Origin: Glaucostegus cemiculus
Taxonomy: Eukaryota
NCBI GenBank assembly: GCA_976551045.1
Contig: CDPCPM010000016.1
Span: forward strand, 20,336,001-20,400,000
Length of the DNA stretch: 64,000 nt
Reading direction: 5' to 3'
Shown here piece after piece: positions 60,380-64,000 of this stretch. The position numbers and the translations under genes were made by a program. Below the pieces are notes generated by a model, which was not told the DNA's origin, searched no databases, and saw only the letters and a list, made by a program, of their open reading frames with translations. How positions within the stretch are numbered: position 1 is the stretch's first letter; each line of letters starts with the position of its first letter.

Positions 60380-61905
60380 ATTTGGTATTAGTATTGGTTT
60401 ATTATTGTCACTTGTATCGAGGTAGAGTGAAAAGCTTGTCTTACAAACTGATCGTACAGGTCAATTCATTACACAGTGCAGTTACATAGTTAATACAAAT
60501 GCATTGAAGTAGTTCAGTGAAAACAGTAACAGTACAGAATAAAGAGTCACAGGTACAGAGAAAGTGCAGTGCAGAAAGGTGCAAGGTCGCACAAGGTAGA
60601 ATGTGAGGTCACAGACCATCTCATTGTATAAGGGAACCGTTCAATAGTCTTATCACAGTGGGGAAGAAGCTGTCTTTAAGTCTGGTGGTGCGTGCCCTCA
60701 GGCACCTGTATCTTCTACCTGATGGAAGAGGAGAGAAGAGAGAATGTCCCGGATGAGTGGGGTCTTTGATTATGCTGGCCGCTACACCAAGACAACAAGA
60801 GGTAAAGACAGAGTCCAAGGAGGGGAGGCTGGTGTCCGTGATGCATTGGGCTGTGTCCTGAACTCTCTGCAGCTTCTTGCAGTCCTGGACAGAGCAGTTG
60901 CCATACCAAGCCGTGATACATCCAGATAGGATGCTTTCTATTGTGCATCGGTAAAAGCTGGTGAGAGTTGAAGGGGACATACCAAATTTCTTCAGCCTCT
61001 TGAGGAAGTAGAGGCGCTGTTGAGCTTTCTTGGCTGTGGCATCTACGTGGTTAGACCAGGACAGACTGTTGGTGATGTTCACACCTAGGAACTTGAAGCT
61101 CTCCACCCTCTCGACCTCAGCACCATTGATGTAGACAGGTGCATGTACACTGCCCCTTTTCCTGAAGTCAATGACCAACTCTTTCGTTTTGTTGACATTG
61201 AGGGAAAGGTTGTTACCATGACACCATTCCACTAAGTTCTCTATCCCCTTCCTGTACTCTGACTCGTTGCTGTTGGAGATATGGCCCACAGTGGTGGTAT
61301 CATCTGCAAACTTATAGATGGAGTTAGAGCAGAATCTGGCCACACAGTCGTGAGTGTATAGGGAGTAGAGTAGAGGGCTGAGGACACAGCCTTGTGGGGC
61401 ACCAGTGTTGAGAATAATTGTGCCGGAGGTATTGCTGCCTATCCTCACTGATTGCGGTCTGCTTGTTAGAAAGTCAAGAATCCAGTTGCAGAGGGAAGAG
61501 CTGAGTCCTAGGTCTTGGAGTTTGGTGACAAGCTTGCTTGGAATTATTGTATTGAAGGCAGAGCTGTAGTTAATAAACAATAGTCAAACATACGTGTCTT
61601 TCTTGTCCAGATGCTCCAGAGATGAGTGTAGGGCCAGGCATCTGCTGTAGACCTGTTTCGCCGGTAGGTGAATTGCAATGGGTCCAGGTTGTCTGGTAGG
61701 CTGGAGTTGACTCCAGCCTACTTCACTTCATGATGGTGGATGTCAGACCCACTGGCCGGTAGTCATTGAGGCATTTTACCTTACTTTTCTTTGGTACTGG
61801 GATGATAGTGGTCTTCTTAAAACAGAACCTGAATTTGAAGCAGGGAGAGATTGAATATGTCCGCAAATACTTCTGCCAGCTGGTCAGCACAAGATCTGAG
61901 CACGC
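60380..61905 (-). mobile_element. Rex1/Babar LINE, 5'-truncated, well preserved
   Basis: IFNLSLLQ and [32 protein letters not shown] upstream; complete 3'UTR with AATAAACCAATACTAATACC tail. Confidence 0.92.
60621..61580 (-). pseudogene. Rex1/Babar reverse transcriptase, 319-aa open remnant
   Basis: [62 protein letters not shown]; N-terminal part disrupted. Confidence 0.9.
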
Positions 61906-63324
61906 GTAATGTAATGCCTGAAAAGGTAGAAGGAGATTCAATGGTAATTTTTGAATGGGAAGTGTAAAAGAAAAGGAGAAATCTGCAGGTCTGTGGAGAA
62001 AGTCCTGGAATGTGGGACCAAGTGGATAGAGCTGGGAGAGACGCAGAGGAATAAATGGTCCCATTCAATGCTGAATTCATCTGTGATTGTAGTCATCTCC
62101 AATCAAAATGGTTACTTGGAATTTTATAACTGCCACCAGCAATCATGGGAGGAAAACTTGGCTAAGTGTGGGCATGGGCTGAGAGCACAATCTGGATTGA
62201 CTGAGGTGTAACCAGTAGGTAAAGAACCTTCTGGTACTTAAATGTCTATGCTTAAACATGAGCAATAGCTTCTTGGATGAAATTTGATGATATTCATTAA
62301 AAAAAAAGACAAATTACCAGAGATCTGCTGACCTCTTCTGTTTTGAACTAGTCAATTGTTCTCTGATTAAGACTTTATTTACAGTTTTCCTTGACCCTGA
62401 GCCAATACACTGAGAAAGTTCAGAATAAGTAGGCCTGAGAACTTCTGCATTTTGTCACTAAACCTTCAAAGGCAAAGTATTTTCAATTAAAACCTATGAG
62501 TAGTTTTTTTTTCAATTTATTGTCTCCAGAGTGTTAAATGATAACCAGGTTTTGTATAGTACACCTGGTCGAACACTGAAGCATGGACTGACTGGCTTTT
62601 TGGTTTTAAGATAGCATTGCATTAACAAGCTAGGCCTTTTCAACAACCAGTTTGAGTCAACATGCTCCGTTAAACAATGAACAAATATGCAAAATATAAT
62701 CACTGCTGTGAAATGAAGGGCACGGAAGCATAACAACCCGATTACTGACTTCCTTTTTTTTGAAAAGAAATATTGTTTTAATACCACTGGTGTGATGGTC
62801 AAGTGTACCACAGGAATGTGTCAGCAATTATGGTAATCAGCATAGTGCACATTATTCACATTAACGTATCTAAAATCTCCTAAATACTAAAAGCTGCCAT
62901 GTATGTCTTTGGTTAAGTTAAAGATTTCAAGATCACCAAAATATCTAGCCTTGTCTGAATAACCTCAGATTACTTTCCAAAGATATACAAAGAGAGGAAA
63001 ATACTCAGCAGCAAAGTAGCAATCAACAACTCACAACAGGCTCACAATTCATGTTTATCTCTAAGGTCCCAGGAATCTGGCTCCATTTTTTTTTGCAAAT
63101 ACACCATACAGCACTAGCAATTAGCCTGCCACATTTTGTTGGATGGCTGCCTGGATCTTTTTTTTGATAATGATAATAGAACGCGTTTTATTCCTTTAAC
63201 AAGACAAAACATTTCTAAAATCAGGTACAAGGCAAATCTTGAGTTAACAGATTTAATGAAAGAAAGACTTACGTTTATTTAATTATAGTACTTAGAACAT
63301 CCCTTGAAAGCCTCATGAAGATTT

Positions 63325-63955
63325 CAAAGTCGAGTTTATTGTCATATACACAAGTTCATGTATGCACAGGTGCAAAGAAAAACTTATTTGCAGCAGCATC
63401 ACAGGCATATAGCATTAGATACACAACATTCAAAGTAAAACCTAAACTAAACATAAATTATCCACAATTTTTATAAGAAAGAACATCATTAGAACAAAAA
63501 AAAGATCCATTGCAGTGCAAAGTGGCCATAGTGTTGCTATACTGAGGTAGTGGTTAGCATTGTGCAGGTTGGTTCAAGAGCCGAATAGTTGAAGGGAAGT
63601 AGCTGTTCTTGAACCTGGTAGTGTGGGACTTCAGACTTCTCTACCTCTTGCCCAATGGTAGCTGTGAGAAGACAGGATGAGCTGGATGGTGGGGATCTTT
63701 GATGATAGATGTTGCCTTCTTGAGGCAGTGCCTCATATAGATACTACCAATGGTGGGGACAGGTGCGCATGTGATGTATTGGGCAGAGTCCACTACTCTC
63801 TGCAGCTTCTTACGTTTCTGCGCATTCACATTTCTGTATCAGACCATGATGCAACCAGTCAGGATACTTTCAAGAGTATATCTGTAACAGTATGTTAGAG
63901 TGTTCAGTGACATGCCAAATATCCTTAATTAAAGATGCTGGTGCACCTTCCTAGT
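63325..63955 (-). mobile_element. Rex1/Babar 3' fragment
   Basis: Minus-strand peptide RKKLQRVVDSAQYIT..CLKKATSIIKDPHHP; 3'UTR homologous to 6385-6650. Confidence 0.85.
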
Positions 63956-64000
63956 GATTGCATCTTCAGGTAGAATGCTATTGTAACATTGGTAAAGAAT

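Overview
Eukaryotic, AT-rich, CpG-depleted vertebrate DNA, intronic or intergenic. The repeat families suggest a cartilaginous fish, probably a ray/skate relative (inference). I recognise no host protein-coding exon, RNA gene or CRISPR array. Much of the window is decayed transposable elements: CR1 LINEs (best copy 52842-55097, 507-aa RT ORF), Rex1/Babar LINEs (best copy 60380-61905), RTE, Tx1/L1, L2-group LINEs, V-SINEs, a DeuSINE-like element, a Gypsy-type solo LTR with a 4-bp TSD (2445-3268) and many Penelope-like element (PLE) fragments, one with a GIY-YIG endonuclease remnant. Two signals stand out. (1) The PLE termini carry a minimal, dimer-type hammerhead ribozyme motif, best preserved at 10790-10827. 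(2) About nine locally templated rearrangements recur: fold-back inverted copies of 11-29 bp, and direct copies taken from about 0.9-1 kb downstream, several with flanking duplications and microhomology. These resemble template-switch or Pol-theta-type repair scars. Repeat-free islands (37.9-39.5 kb, 56.3-57.8 kb) look like candidate conserved regulatory elements. All calls were made by eye; boundaries of old repeats are approximate.
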